Assembly (NCBI GenBank): GCA_051362555.1
Contig: CM120640.1
Span: 3,100,001-3,164,000 of the forward strand
From: Lingula anatina
Lineage: Eukaryota > Animalia > Brachiopoda
Direction: 5' to 3'
Length of the DNA stretch: 64,000 nt
The translations under genes and the position numbers were made by a program. Under the pieces are notes generated by a model. It saw nothing but the letters and a program-made list of their open reading frames with translations. It did not search any database and had not been told where the DNA came from. Of the stretch, positions 1 through 12,355 are shown one piece after another (position 1 is the first letter of the stretch; every line of letters starts with the position of its first letter).

Positions 1-1742
1 ATACTTACCAATGGTTAATGAATCCATTTTTACTTTCAAAGTTAGTCCCTGTTTTTTTTTCTAAAAAGTTTGGTTTTTTGTTAAAATCTCTTCAGAGATT
101 TTAACAGAGTATAGCCATCAATGGAGGTCACGTGGTCTAAAGACTGAGCTCAGATATCTGAACAATAGCTATAACTGCCGTTTTTGTGGTAAAACTCATA
201 CGAAGAGTTATTATCTCTTTAAGAATACTTCTATTTAATCAGATAGTAATCAGAAAGTATGTGGATGTTCATTAAATTGTATGAGGATAAGCAGGCATCA
301 TTAGTGCATGGAAAAGAAAGATTTACATATATATTATATATATTATTTAACTGTTCTGTTCTACAAACAGTCATTTATAAGACTCATCATGCACCTTTCA
401 TTTTGTTTGGGGCTTTGTGTGAAAATTAAATAATGTTTGCCAAAAGCAAAATCTTTGTTATTTATCATTAATTTCACAGAATATTTGAGACCAACAGGTA
501 CCGGGGTAACAGTATGTATAAAAGATTACGTTTTTTTCCTCAATTAAACTTTATATATACAGTAATTCTTTGTCATAGTATTCAACAATTTTTCATTGAT
601 TTGACTTTGTCAGCAATGTAGCAAAAGAAAAGGTAATTTTGTAGAAAAGTTAGGCCATAGTAAAATTTGCAATGCTTTGTTCAATGCCAGCCACTGGTAC
701 ATGTATACTGCAGGAGTTGTTCTTGTTTCAAGTATTTGACATTTAGTAACTTTGCTAAGGGTTAGGTTTTTCGAGTTCTAAGGGCTTTCAGTCTTAGTCA
801 AGGCTAGTACATGTACTAGACATGTTGAATGGTATTTTTGCTTACTTATTCTCACATTCAATCCAGTGGAATTTACATGTGTTCAGGCTATTTATCATGG
901 TTAGATAAATCTCCATCAGGCTTGTAACTGACAAGTAGCTATTTTTAGTAGTGTCTTGAGCATAATTGTACTATCGGTGTTGATGGTATTTAGTTTTGGC
1001 CCAGCACGTGCCATGTTTACTTTTTTAGGCAAGTCGTCAGGTTCTCGCAACGAGTTTCACGTTGAAAGTTTAAGTTGATGAAACTTGATGTAACTGATAC
1101 AAGACGATACACAGTACCAGTTGATGTTACCAGTTGATGTTATATATCGTTGACAGTTGAATAAAATTGATTGACACCTGCAACAAGGCTCATTAGTGTA
1201 ACCGATTAGCATTATTGATTAATAAAAAGGCTTAAGTCTGTGAATTACATGTATGACCAATAATGATAGCAGTTTGAAAATTTTAATTCTTAGTTTGCTT
1301 TGTTTTATTAGTTTATGGTTTGTCAGTAAGAGTGCTACATGTACCTTAAAGGCTACCATAATACAATAGTTTATATGCTTTATAGATTTTTTATATCTGT
1401 TCATTTTGTTTGTATTATACATGAATTATGAAGTTGTGACAGTCTTTAAACTTTTATTGAAGTTTAATGATATTTGAAGGTGTGGTTATTAAAGTTTTCA
1501 TAAAAATCTTATCTTCTTTTTTACATCACATATAATGGATTACTTATGGACAGAAGCATGGTTATATTTACCCTAGGTTCTAGATTCCGGTATTGCCAGC
1601 TCGATCTTGATTTCATATATAACCCATGTCGCAATACCAGAAAAGCGACTCCACCACGAGGTATATTTAGCAAGCTAGCTTTTACGTTTCTCTGACACTC
1701 AGGGTAGGTTATATTGCAATTTGGTGTGATGTTGCTTATAGC

Positions 1743-2236
1743 CAGGGCCGTAGCCTCCGGGGGGGGCAGGGGGGGCAGCTGCCCCCCCCTGGAAATTGGG
1801 GTGCAAAAAAAAATAATCGCAAAGGTAAAAAAAATAATTGCAAAGTTGGTATCAATTCTGTGAGAAAAGGCACTCATGGCCACTAGACAATCATTCAACA
1901 ATCTGTTTACAAAGGTGTACTGTTTTTAGCCAACTCAGTTCATGCCAAAAAGCTCACCCTCCCTGAGGGAGCTATCCCCCAGGCCAATTGGCGTGTTGTG
2001 TTGAAAAAAATGACTGTACTTATGGCAAAATGAACCCACAATTTCTGACTTCTGATTGACCAATAAATAACAGTTAAAATGCACCAGAATGCAGTATTAT
2101 ACATACAGTTTTTAAAAATTTTCCACACCGTAGGAGGGGGACACCACCTCCAACACCCTCACCCCTCGGGGGCTTCACCCCCTCGTGTCCGCTTGTACTG
2201 CCCCCCCCCTGGCATTTTGCTCAGGCTACGGCCCTG
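1743..2236. mobile_element. Non-autonomous DNA transposon (MITE), 5-bp TSD
   Basis: 13-bp perfect TIR CAGGGCCGTAGCC / GGCTACGGCCCTG, flanked by ATAGC at 1738-1742 and 2237-2241. Confidence 0.85.
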
Positions 2237-2772
2237 ATAGCTACACTTTACTCAGTCACATTTGGATCAACAACTGCAATGGAAACTAGTATATTTGCCT
2301 TACTCGGGCATATCAACCACAATATCACATAAAACAGCGTTAATGCGCCTATTTTTCCTGGGCTCTCGAAAGCATTGCGTATTGCGAATAGCTATATCAC
2401 ATAGAGGCTACAATGTATTATATGTGGCGAGTATGGGCGAGTTATGGAATCGAGACGCTTGCGCACGGTCGCAATGCGCGATGCTTTCGAGATACGGGGC
2501 CCTGGATCACCAACTGCAGTATGAAGACGGCGTTTATCTCAGGCAGACGTAATAGGGAGATATCAAGCACACACACACATTCGCACTTGCACGCACGCAC
2601 TTACGCCCGTTCTTATAGGGTACAACTTATATCTTATATCCGTTTTGTAAGTAGGACCTCAAGTCCTTTAGATTGGGTATAATCAAGGAATGATGTACAT
2701 ATGCGCCTAGCAGGTACCCGGAAACCTGGGAAATCAAACGTACAGGGTATACAGAGGTACCTTATAGGCCTA

Positions 2773-2941
2773 CAGGGGCGGATTGAGGCCGTCTTCTGGG
2801 TCTTCCGGAAGACGGTCAGATTTTTAAGTTTACATTAAAGGGTATGAATTTTGTTTCTGTCGGAAGACGGTCAAAAATGGACGATTAATCAACAAGGATA
2901 GTTTGGATGACTGTCAGAAAATATCTCTGGATCCGCCCCTG
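2773..2941. mobile_element. MITE of CAGGGGCGGAT family (copy 1)
   Basis: TIR CAGGGGCGGAT / ATCCGCCCCTG. Near-identical copy at 46656-46823. Absent at the matching site in the right arm (~29266-29275). Confidence 0.85.
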
Positions 2942-4001
2942 TTATGCACACAGATGAACATATCAACGTGATCACTAGCTCAGCAACCAATGGCTTTTTA
3001 TTACAGACAAAGGTTAACATGAGGTGATAATTTCAAAAGATAAATGGGCACGTGGGGTTTTTATGCACGGGTTGCGTAAAGAAATTGCCTGTCATTGTTT
3101 GCTGAACCCTGTACTTTAACAAAGAACGTTATCAAAGATGTAGCCTTCGTATTTATAGTTCCACCAGCTACCAATATTAAAACCCAGCAGTCACGTGCAA
3201 CCTCACCCCTCTAAACGTGTTCTCATAACTTCATTGAAGACCTGAGCATTGTTAAAACACCTGCAATTTTACGCAACATTCTTCAAAAGAAAAAACGGGG
3301 ATTGAGGAATTGCAGTTCTCGAATAACACCCGACAAACACTGTAATAATAAAAATAAAGGACTTGTAAACGAAATGTACGGCTACATGCTCCATTTTCTA
3401 TTTTCTTAAATCTCCCACCCCAACCTTTTCACGTCTTAATATATTCTAATCCTAAACTGGCACACCGGTAGATCTGCTGTATTTACATTATACAACGGTG
3501 AAAAAGACAAGAGCATTTATTTACGGCTCACGCTATATTTACATAAATAATTTAAGGATTATACACATTTTACGCAATAGGCCATTTATATCACTTTTGC
3601 GTGTATTACGGATGCTTGAATCTTCGCAATTATTGTGTCATTTTAATTTCAGAAGTTCGCATCATTTCAAGAAATGATATTTATCATCAGGACGAGACAC
3701 CGTCCTCCTCTGGAATTTCACCCAGATTTCTTCACTGATAAGGTTGGCGCGGGTTGAGGTCCAGGTTCACTCTTCTCCACCAGGGGTGTGGCTTGCTTCG
3801 ACTCTTGCCAAACTTTAGCTACGGCCATACGCATTAAAAAAACTAATTCTAAAAATGTATTTTTATTTTGGTCCGGTCTTTCTCTTCGCGGGGATTTTAA
3901 TATTTTAACTTGCTTTGTATTAGTTTCAAGAAAATAATTCGTAAACCAGAAGTCTAAAAGCTTTGGCCTTACTGTAAATTGACATTTGAACTTTACAAGG
4001 G

Positions 4002-4008
4002 TATATAA
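4002..4008 (+). promoter_or_regulatory. Candidate TATA box of GH16 gene copy A
   Basis: TATATAA ~80 nt upstream of ATG 4088. Copy B reads CATATAA at the equivalent position (~27362-27368, minus strand). Confidence 0.45.
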
Positions 4009-4087
4009 GAGTCGTAATCAGCATCTAACACTTAGAAAGAAGAGGGCCGTTTTCCACTTGACTACTACCATAAACAACAGCGTCAAA

Positions 4088-7000
4088 ATGCAAGGGTCTT
4101 GGTCATTTCTTTGCGTGCTACTAATTACCAGTGTAACGAAAAACAATGCCGTAGAAAATCTCATCTTTGAAGACACCTTTGACACGCTGGATCCCAAAAA
4201 TTGGGAACACGAAATCACCGCATGGGGTGGAGGGGTAGGTGTGGAATGAGTAAAAAAATAGAAAAAAAGGAAGGTTGAAACTTCATAAGTAGTAGTGGTG
4301 GAATGAATAGTTGTAAAACTGCGATTTTGCCAGCAAATGTAGAGTTTAAGAGGTGATAAAGAAAATTTTTAGTGCTAGCACCAGGATTTTCCGGAAACTG
4401 ATGCTTCGGCTGTGTGATATTTTCTTGTGTGTGCACGGTGTCTTCACCTTGCGAGGAACAGAGCGGCATTCAAACACTGTTGCACGTTCACCCATATCTA
4501 CACTATATGATTTTGACTGTGATAGGGCTTATATTAGATCCAAAGTTTTAAATTGAAATTAGATTATAATTTAAAATTTAACATAAACTAAAGATTTATT
4601 GACATATTTTTTTAAAAAATGAAAGAAAAAGAAAGAAAGGCATGTTAAGTCTATATATATTCAATAAACATGTTCCCAATGTTTGAATTACGATGAGGGT
4701 CGCTCATGATTGATCGGCAAAAAGTAGAGAAGCAAAAAGATTCATACAAGATTCGCCCCTTCAAATGGCGCACATATAGAAATATTACGAAAATGCAGTC
4801 AACTAGATAAAGCCTAATGATTTTTATAATTTCTTGTTTAGAAATCACATTAATTAAATTCAATTCAATTTATTAAATTCAATATAGAATATACACTCCT
4901 GTAATATGAAAATGGTGTTCTGTATAGTGGACAATTTTTGGAATATAAAATCACGCTCCGTAATTATTTTTTGATGTGACTTTACATTATTGTTCACCTT
5001 TGGTTTTAACTCAACCTGAAAAAATTAAAGATTAGCTCGTATAAGAGGGTCCATAACACTTATATAACGGCATGGACATAATGAGAGAACCTTCTCTCAT
5101 TATGTCCATGATAACGGCAAGGAGGTATATCTCAGAAGTGCCTCCTTGACCATCGTTAATGTTTTATAAACTGTATTGTGTTGATTTCTAATCGTCCATC
5201 ATTACGATAAACAGGTGTGATTGTGAAAGACTAGTGTTCTTCACTGCTCGTGTGTCGGTCCCTAGGCTGCCAGAATTGTTACTCTAACATCTGACCAGAT
5301 AAACTTAGGGATGTTTTAATCCAGTCTTATCACAAATTCAATTTTTCGTCAATATTTGTATAGGTGTGCCGTAACCCTAAACGCATGTCATGGGGAGATA
5401 AGTTTGGTTACATATACCCATGCAGCATTGACACCGTAGACATCTCCACATTAACCCAGGAGTGTCAGGAGATTGTATCAGGTACATTGCATCTCCTCGT
5501 TAATTTGAATGCCTCGCCAACGTTGGTGTAAATGAATGTCTCCAAGTTCAAACTCCTTTCTGTTCTACTACTCTTTTCTTTCCACCCATCATGCACGATG
5601 TATAACGGCCCAGGTTGTTTCTTATGGACTTGGACCCGATTTGTACAAAGCCTACAGTATTTGGAACACTTCTATTGCAAATATCAAGCTGTTCATGCAG
5701 GCCTCATCTGTGGGAATCATTTGAAGACCACATGGCCATATTTCATATACTTAAGCTCTGGCCATAACTGTTTGCATTTGAGCTCAGCCAGCGTTGTTTT
5801 TGCCCTCAAATGACGATGTTGTTAAGATGGGTTGCTCTATACAGTGGCAGATTTAGAGGGGGGGGGGTCAGGAGGGTCGTTCGACCTCTAAAATACCAAA
5901 TTTTCCGGGCCCTTCATCGGGCCCCGAACCCCACGCCAAGTTTTTTTTTTTTTTTGGGGGGGGGGGGGGAGGCTTGGCATCTGCGGACCCCCTCTTCAAA
6001 TATTCCTGGATCCGCCCCTGTCTGTAGTCGTGAAAATGTACTTCATGTGACCAGGGGACAACTTTGCACGAGAAAGGTGAGTTTCCCCAAATATGAAACA
6101 TTTTTACTATTAAAAATGTTGCCCAACTAAAATCTAAAAAATGATCACAGAATCAAATTAAGTAATGAAATAAAGCCTGCAAGTATCGTCGATCTAGGTG
6201 GCCATGCCGACTGAAAATACACTGCCAACATTAGCAAACGCGAAACAAAATGGATAAATACGTAAATAAAATGATGGAGGTCGCAAGTAATAAACAAACA
6301 AATTAATTAATAAAAGGGGCGGTTGAGCCCAATTGACCTCCATTTTAACCTCAACAGGTGAACATTTTACCTCGCTAACCCAGCCCTATCAAGTTTTGCT
6401 GTGACAATGTGATCTGTATATGTTTTGACAACTTTTCAGTGACTTTTGATTAATACGCATTTCTTTTCAGAACTGGGAATTCGAGGTCTACACTGACGAC
6501 CCCAAAAACAGTTACGTGAGAGATAACACCCTGTTCATAAAACCAGTGAGTGGCAATTTTTGCGAAATTGTTTGCTTGTAAACGAATCCCTGAACAATTT
6601 TATCAAGTTTACTAAAGGGAGGATTTCTTTTAATACCCCACTGACGTATTGACATTTTGTTATTTATTGACACAGGTCGCCCTTTAAATCTTTATTTGCT
6701 TCTTCATAGAATTTTTGTGGACCTTTCTTTTCGTGTGCAAACTGCCTAAATGTATGTATGTTTGCAGATCCTGTCAAGAACATAAGGTGGTGTGATCTAA
6801 ATGGGACAGTTTGAATGCAAAGAGGATATTTTTCTATCAAGAAGCGAAGTTTCATTGCGATCTTGCTTCACAGAATAAATACAATAGCACTGTTTTCTAT
6901 AACGTCCATTTCTTACAAGAATGGAAATTGTTGACAATTTGAGTTTTATTGCAACTTCTAAAAATCTTCGTTGAACATAATTTTAAAATTTCAAATGGCA

Positions 7001-9461
7001 TTTATAGATGAAAAAACTAATAGTTCTAGTAGAAACAATGTATGTAGCCTGCATTACCAAAGTCCACTGTGCTACCAAACAAACTGACATTCATGAGATT
7101 ACTGTGTTACCTCTGTGAAAACATCTTTTCCCTGTATAAACCGATATTTCGATGTTATTCAGACCCTGCTGAAAGACAGTATCAATCCTTTGACTGGTCA
7201 GCCATTTGGCGAAAGTTTTCTTTATAATGGGACATTGGATATAAGAGGTAATATATCAAATATTCGATGACTCTCTATTAAATGTAAATGTTTTTTGAAG
7301 GTAAATGAATTGACTTACACATTACGTCAACAAATATTACGGATATTTTTTTCTAAGACTTAAAAGGTAAGATAGACCCATACTTGTACACGTTTCTTAA
7401 AGCGACATGGAACATTTAAGCAATCAATGATAAAGTAAATATATTTTGACTTTTAGCAATGTATGGTCGTTGCACAAATGAAATGTTTTATGGATGCCTG
7501 CGCAGAGGACAAGGCGGGCAAATCGTGAACCCCATCATGTCTGCCCGTCTGCGGACTAAAGGCAAATTCAGCTTCAAGTACGGTCGGCTGGAGGTCGTGG
7601 CCAAAATGCCGGCAGGAGACTGGATATGGCCAGGTAATGAGAGAGAGAGAGAAACAGAGAGAGAGACAAAAAAGAGAGAAAAAGAACGCCGTGGTAAAAA
7701 ACAGTGACACAGCAATGTAAACTGAATGTAACAGTATTGTTGAACTATCGCTTCGTTTTTCTGAATACCTCCAATTTAAATTAGAATTGTTTTTGCTCGA
7801 AACTGAATGAAATTTAGTGTGTATTTTCAGCTATTTGGCTTTTGCCTGAGGATAATGAATACGGAGATTGGCCAAGATCTGGAGAAATTGACCTAGTGGA
7901 AGCAAGGGGTACGCATGATCCAGTACACCCGCCCTTTATGAAGTATTATATTATAATGTTAACAAAGTGCAATATAATATAACCACTCTTATCTGCACAC
8001 ACTTACAAGTATAGAGGTGTTAATATAGGAGTTACTTTATCACTTCATCATTTTTTTAATTGCCCATTTTCAAACGAAAACCTAAGACAGGTTTACTCGC
8101 ATGGTTGCAAATTAGGAGAAGTCTAAATTATCAAAATATTCTTAAGTCTTGATTATTTTTCACGAAGAACCTAAATAGAAAAGTAAAATAAATCATGGAA
8201 ACTCTAGATATATATAAAGTGAATAAACAAAAATACACTAAATAACCTACTTTTGTCAGGTTAAACAATAGTTTATTGAAACCAAATGCATCTGTAACAT
8301 TTATTTTAATGTCATATTTAATTTCCCAGGAAATCGAGATCTATATGGGGTAAATAAATCAGAGCAGGGGGTGAACGCGATTGGCTCAACGCTACACTGG
8401 GGACCCATCTATAATGACAATAAGTTCCATCTCACACATAAGACATAGTAAGTTCATTGCGTCTTTAAAATCAGCAACAATACTAATACAAATACAGTAC
8501 TTTTTATATAATTAATCTCAGTGCAGACCACAGCAGATCTACCTAACTTTGGGTTTGAAATAGTGTTGTGAAATTGCTCAAAACATATTTGTTTTGTCTA
8601 AAAGCGTAGACACACAGTTTCATTTTATAGAAAAAGTGTAAATCAGTTAACTTTTTTGAAAGGCTGCTTTAAAGTTTTATTTCTGCTTGTGTGTTGTAGT
8701 ACAAACAAAACGGCCAACTTTGCAGATAATTTCCACAAGTATGTCGTTGACTGGACCGCCAACGGCTTCAGGTAATACTTTCATCTTGGACATTTCAGTT
8801 ACGGTATTCTGAAATATTGGTCGATTCAAATGTGTCTTGGAAGAGTGGGTTATTACCTAAATATTAAACAGCTACAGTTTCATTCGCGGGCATAGTTTAG
8901 ATTTGTATTTTAAAGATCTATTATTTTTAAAGATCATTTTATTCGGATAAACCATATACATTAGGTGCAGAGAAATGTGACATATTAAAAGTAATAAGAA
9001 GTCATGAAGTCTAACATAAGTTGGCCGGATAGTCTATTGTTGCTAAATTGCACTGATAAATTTTCTGAAGTTTAAAAGTAAAGTTTTTTTTCTGATGTGA
9101 AGAGATGTTCATATTCGGCTATTGATGTAAACATCTTGGTATGAATTTGTCTCTATTTATCTTTATAGTATTATCTGTGCATTAAACTAAATAGTGAAAC
9201 TCACCTCCCATTGACTTTGTGCCATGTCCACAGGTTTTCCGTTGATGGCCACCAGTTCCTAGAAATTCCATCTCCGCTGCTGGATCAAAACCCCAGCTTT
9301 CCCGGTTTCTGGGCGTGGGGTAACCAGAGCGACGGCGGGTGGAAGAACCAAACTCAACCAAATCCTTGGAAAAATGGGACACAACTGGCTCCATTTGATA
9401 AAGCTGTGAGTTTCATGATTAAAACAAGTACAGCATATTATATTGTTTCAATTATGTATCG

Positions 9462-9494
<33 letters not shown>

Positions 9495-9505
9495 CGCCAT
9501 ACAGG

Positions 9506-9542
<37 letters not shown>

Positions 9543-10328
9543 ATATATATATACACTTATTCATACGTAGCGGGTATTTAGGGTTGCCAATTTGTTTTAG
9601 AATACGCTTTGTTTGAAAGGTAATTCATTAAAGACAAAAGGGCGGAGTTGTGAATTAGAATTAAGCTAGTTTTGTTATGAATGCGTGTGTGTTAGTGTGT
9701 GCGTGGGTGCTTCATTTGTTGGAGAAAAAGGTCGAAATTCGAGGTCACATACGGACATTTAATATAAACTTTCAGGGTCACTAGAATTTTTAAAAAATGA
9801 CTTTGAAAGCTCGAGAATGGTAGATGCACCGTTGAAAGTGCATTCAAATACTAAATGTATATATTTTAATAAAAGTATTTTGTCTCCCCTGCGCCTGAAA
9901 ACTTTAACAACTGCGATACTCTGATTATTTGTTATCCCAAACTTAAATAATCACTTAATACATCAAACGTGTATTTTCACATTTGCATTTATTTCAATTC
10001 ATCAATATTTCAGTTCCACATCATCATGAATGTTGCAGTGGGAGGCACTGGGGGATTCTTTCCCGATTCCCTTAGAGATGGGTCTGGGAACATCACTAAA
10101 CCGTGGAGGGACAGCGACTCTAAGGCCTCAGCTACGTTCTGGGAGGCCAAGGACAGGTGGTATCCTACATGGACGACGGAGGGGGAGGGTGTGGCCATGC
10201 AGGTTAAGTCAGTTCGCGTGTATCAAACTGAGGGAACTGCCACAAGCAGTGGCGCCATCTTGCGAATGAACTCCTGTTCGTTGCTTGCTGTCTTATTCCT
10301 TATGATTTTGGCAGTGTGGCATTTTTAG
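4088..10328 (+). CDS. GH16 beta-1,3-glucanase / beta-glucan-binding (LGBP/GNBP-like) protein, signal peptide plus C-terminal GPI-type signal, copy A (~412 aa)
   Basis: Nine GT-AG exons in consistent phase: 4088-4234, 6471-6545, 7163-7247, 7457-7633, 7831-7908, 8330-8447, 8700-8771, 9234-9405, 10014-10328. GH16 motifs [49 protein letters not shown] (catalytic ExDxxE intact), FHIIMNVAVGG. Ends SSG...LLAVLFLMILAVWHF. Confidence 0.93.
5071..5110. mobile_element. 40-bp TIR-only transposon remnant with 7-bp TSD
   Basis: CATGGACATAATGAGAGAA-CC-TTCTCTCATTATGTCCATG, flanked by ATAACGG at 5064-5070 and 5111-5117. The right arm has a single target copy at ~26266-26272. Confidence 0.8.
5842..6020. mobile_element. 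MITE, CAG(T/G)GGC..GAT family
   Basis: Ends CAGTGGCAGATTTAG / CTGGATCCGCCCCTG with flanks TCTATA/TCTGTA. Absent from the right arm (~25495-25505). Confidence 0.7.
7639..7680. repeat. (GA)n-rich microsatellite just after GH16 exon 4 donor
   Basis: GAGAGA run. Expanded counterpart (CT/CTT) at 23275-23417 in copy B. Confidence 0.8.
9467..9552. repeat. (GA)n and (TA)n microsatellites
   Basis: Read directly from sequence. Largely absent in copy B intron 8. Confidence 0.85.
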
Positions 10329-12355
10329 TTTATTATCATCATTACCATTTCAGTGAAGATAGGAGGAAGTTGGACTGTAATTTGAATTATGACAAGCAAT
10401 TATTCTATTCTTTTAGAAAGGCAAGGATGACAAATGTTTTGTTGATATAATGCTGGGCTTAGGCCTAAGCATTTAAAGAATGCATGAACTGGGACTATTA
10501 ATTTCTCGCTATAATATTTTGCTTTATATATTATTATATATTATTTATTATTGGTTGCTAAACCTTCATGTGCAAGAATGCCTCAAAGTCAGTCGCAGTG
10601 CCATTCCTGCTGAAGCTTCTTCAGTGAACAAATTGCGTGCCTTCTTTTGTCTTTTCTAAATAGTGGAAGAGGTATTTGGTTATTATCAGCATCTGAACAA
10701 AATGTTCCATAGCAAAAATGCATAAACATATTCTGACATTCTGAATATCCTCACATTCCATTTACCATGACACAGACGAATGGGAACAAATATTGTGAAA
10801 TACAGAATGCAGATTCTAACGGTTTGAAATTTATTTATCGTATCTTGTGACAGAAAAAATCTATAACTTGAATTTTCGAGTCGTTGTTTAAATGTGATGT
10901 TAGTACATTAAATGTGTTTGATTTGATCAACAAAAAATATACGCTTTGAACCTTGTTTTCAAGTTGTACATTTTCCTTTTTAATTACCGAGATGGTATTA
11001 CATGTACTAATTCCCGCATTCCCGACGCTCTTGTAGCACGTGTGATAAGAAACCCGTCCCCTCTACCACAGTCACAGTCAATAAGTTTTTACTAGTATTT
11101 CGCTGGTTATTCTGGGCACATTTCTGTACAGTGAAAAATAAAGACGTAGTCGCCCATTTGGCATCTGGTAGAGAGTAGAGTTCACGAGACTGTTATTTGG
11201 GATAAAGTAAAGTAAATGAAGTTATTAAGGATAATTTTTCATATTGCCAAATTAATGCCATGGCATTTCCTTCATTAATAGATGGGAAATTTCCTATTAA
11301 GATAATGAATATTAAAATAATCAATGCATCCGAACTAGAGGTGCTCTGTGTGATCGCCTGCTCCATAACATATTGTGTCAGCTTTACGGTAAGTCACATG
11401 GAATCTGCTATAATCAAGAAGTAACGGAGCCCGTACATATATTATAGTTATTCGTTCATTTTTTCCTCGGCGGGCATTTTGAAGCTACATATAACACTGG
11501 GTGCTGAAATAGTGACCCTTTCTTTTTTGGTCCTTAAAAGGCTGTAATTATTCTTCACGCATGCTGGTAGCCACCTGGCTAACATAATGTAAAATTGGGT
11601 AGTCGCTGTACGCTGCTCCTCGGGTTGTGTATAGATGAAATATTATTTTGGTGTATTTTTCCATCAGGAAGTTACTCTGCTTTGATAATCATTTAACAGC
11701 ATGGTACAGAATAGGATGTACGGTGAGCTATTCCATTTCATATCAAAGACCACGTCTCCATTTCCCAAACTACCCGATAAAAGAAAAATACGTTTTATTT
11801 TAACTGTATACTGAAATCAAGTCAATAAAAGAGTACGCTTTGTTGATGTGTTGGGCGGGTCCATGGTTTAAGGTGACAGACGGGAAAGATTTCGACAATT
11901 TCAGCTGAGCACATTCTTGCCAAAAAAGAACCCGAGCTCCTGCTGCATCCTTCTATGAATAACAGCTCGTACTTTTATGAAAAGAATATACTTGAAAAAG
12001 TCTATTATATTGTGAAAAGTTTTGTAGAATGTAAAAAAAAAAAAAAAAAAAAAAAAACACAAGTGAAAGAGGTCTGAAACTTGTACTCTGACCACAGGGT
12101 CCGTTAGTAGTCTGTTATAAAATTATTGTGTACTTAAATTTTGGATACTATTTTAGAGACCCATGTGATACTAGACTGTAACAACCTTCCATCTTTTCTT
12201 TAGTTGTTAAACTTAAATAACATCCAGTGAAAATGTAATTTTCGATATGACAGGATTTTGTAACATCATTTTTCACATAATTTCTATTTAACATATTTAT
12301 TCTAGTTTATGTCACAGTAACAATTCTTTTTTCTCTCCAATCATCAGGCTTCAAA

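Noticed and set aside
978-1185. TGTTG...CAACA segment containing AATAAA, like a solo LTR
   Set aside because: No target-site duplication and no second copy in the window.
1521-1901. 126-aa ORF with a proline run
   Set aside because: Crosses a MITE boundary; the prolines come from G/C tracts.
3600-3745. GGAT (SPDEF-like) and GATA motifs shared by both GH16 promoters
   Set aside because: Short motifs within generally conserved duplicated DNA, so sharing is uninformative.
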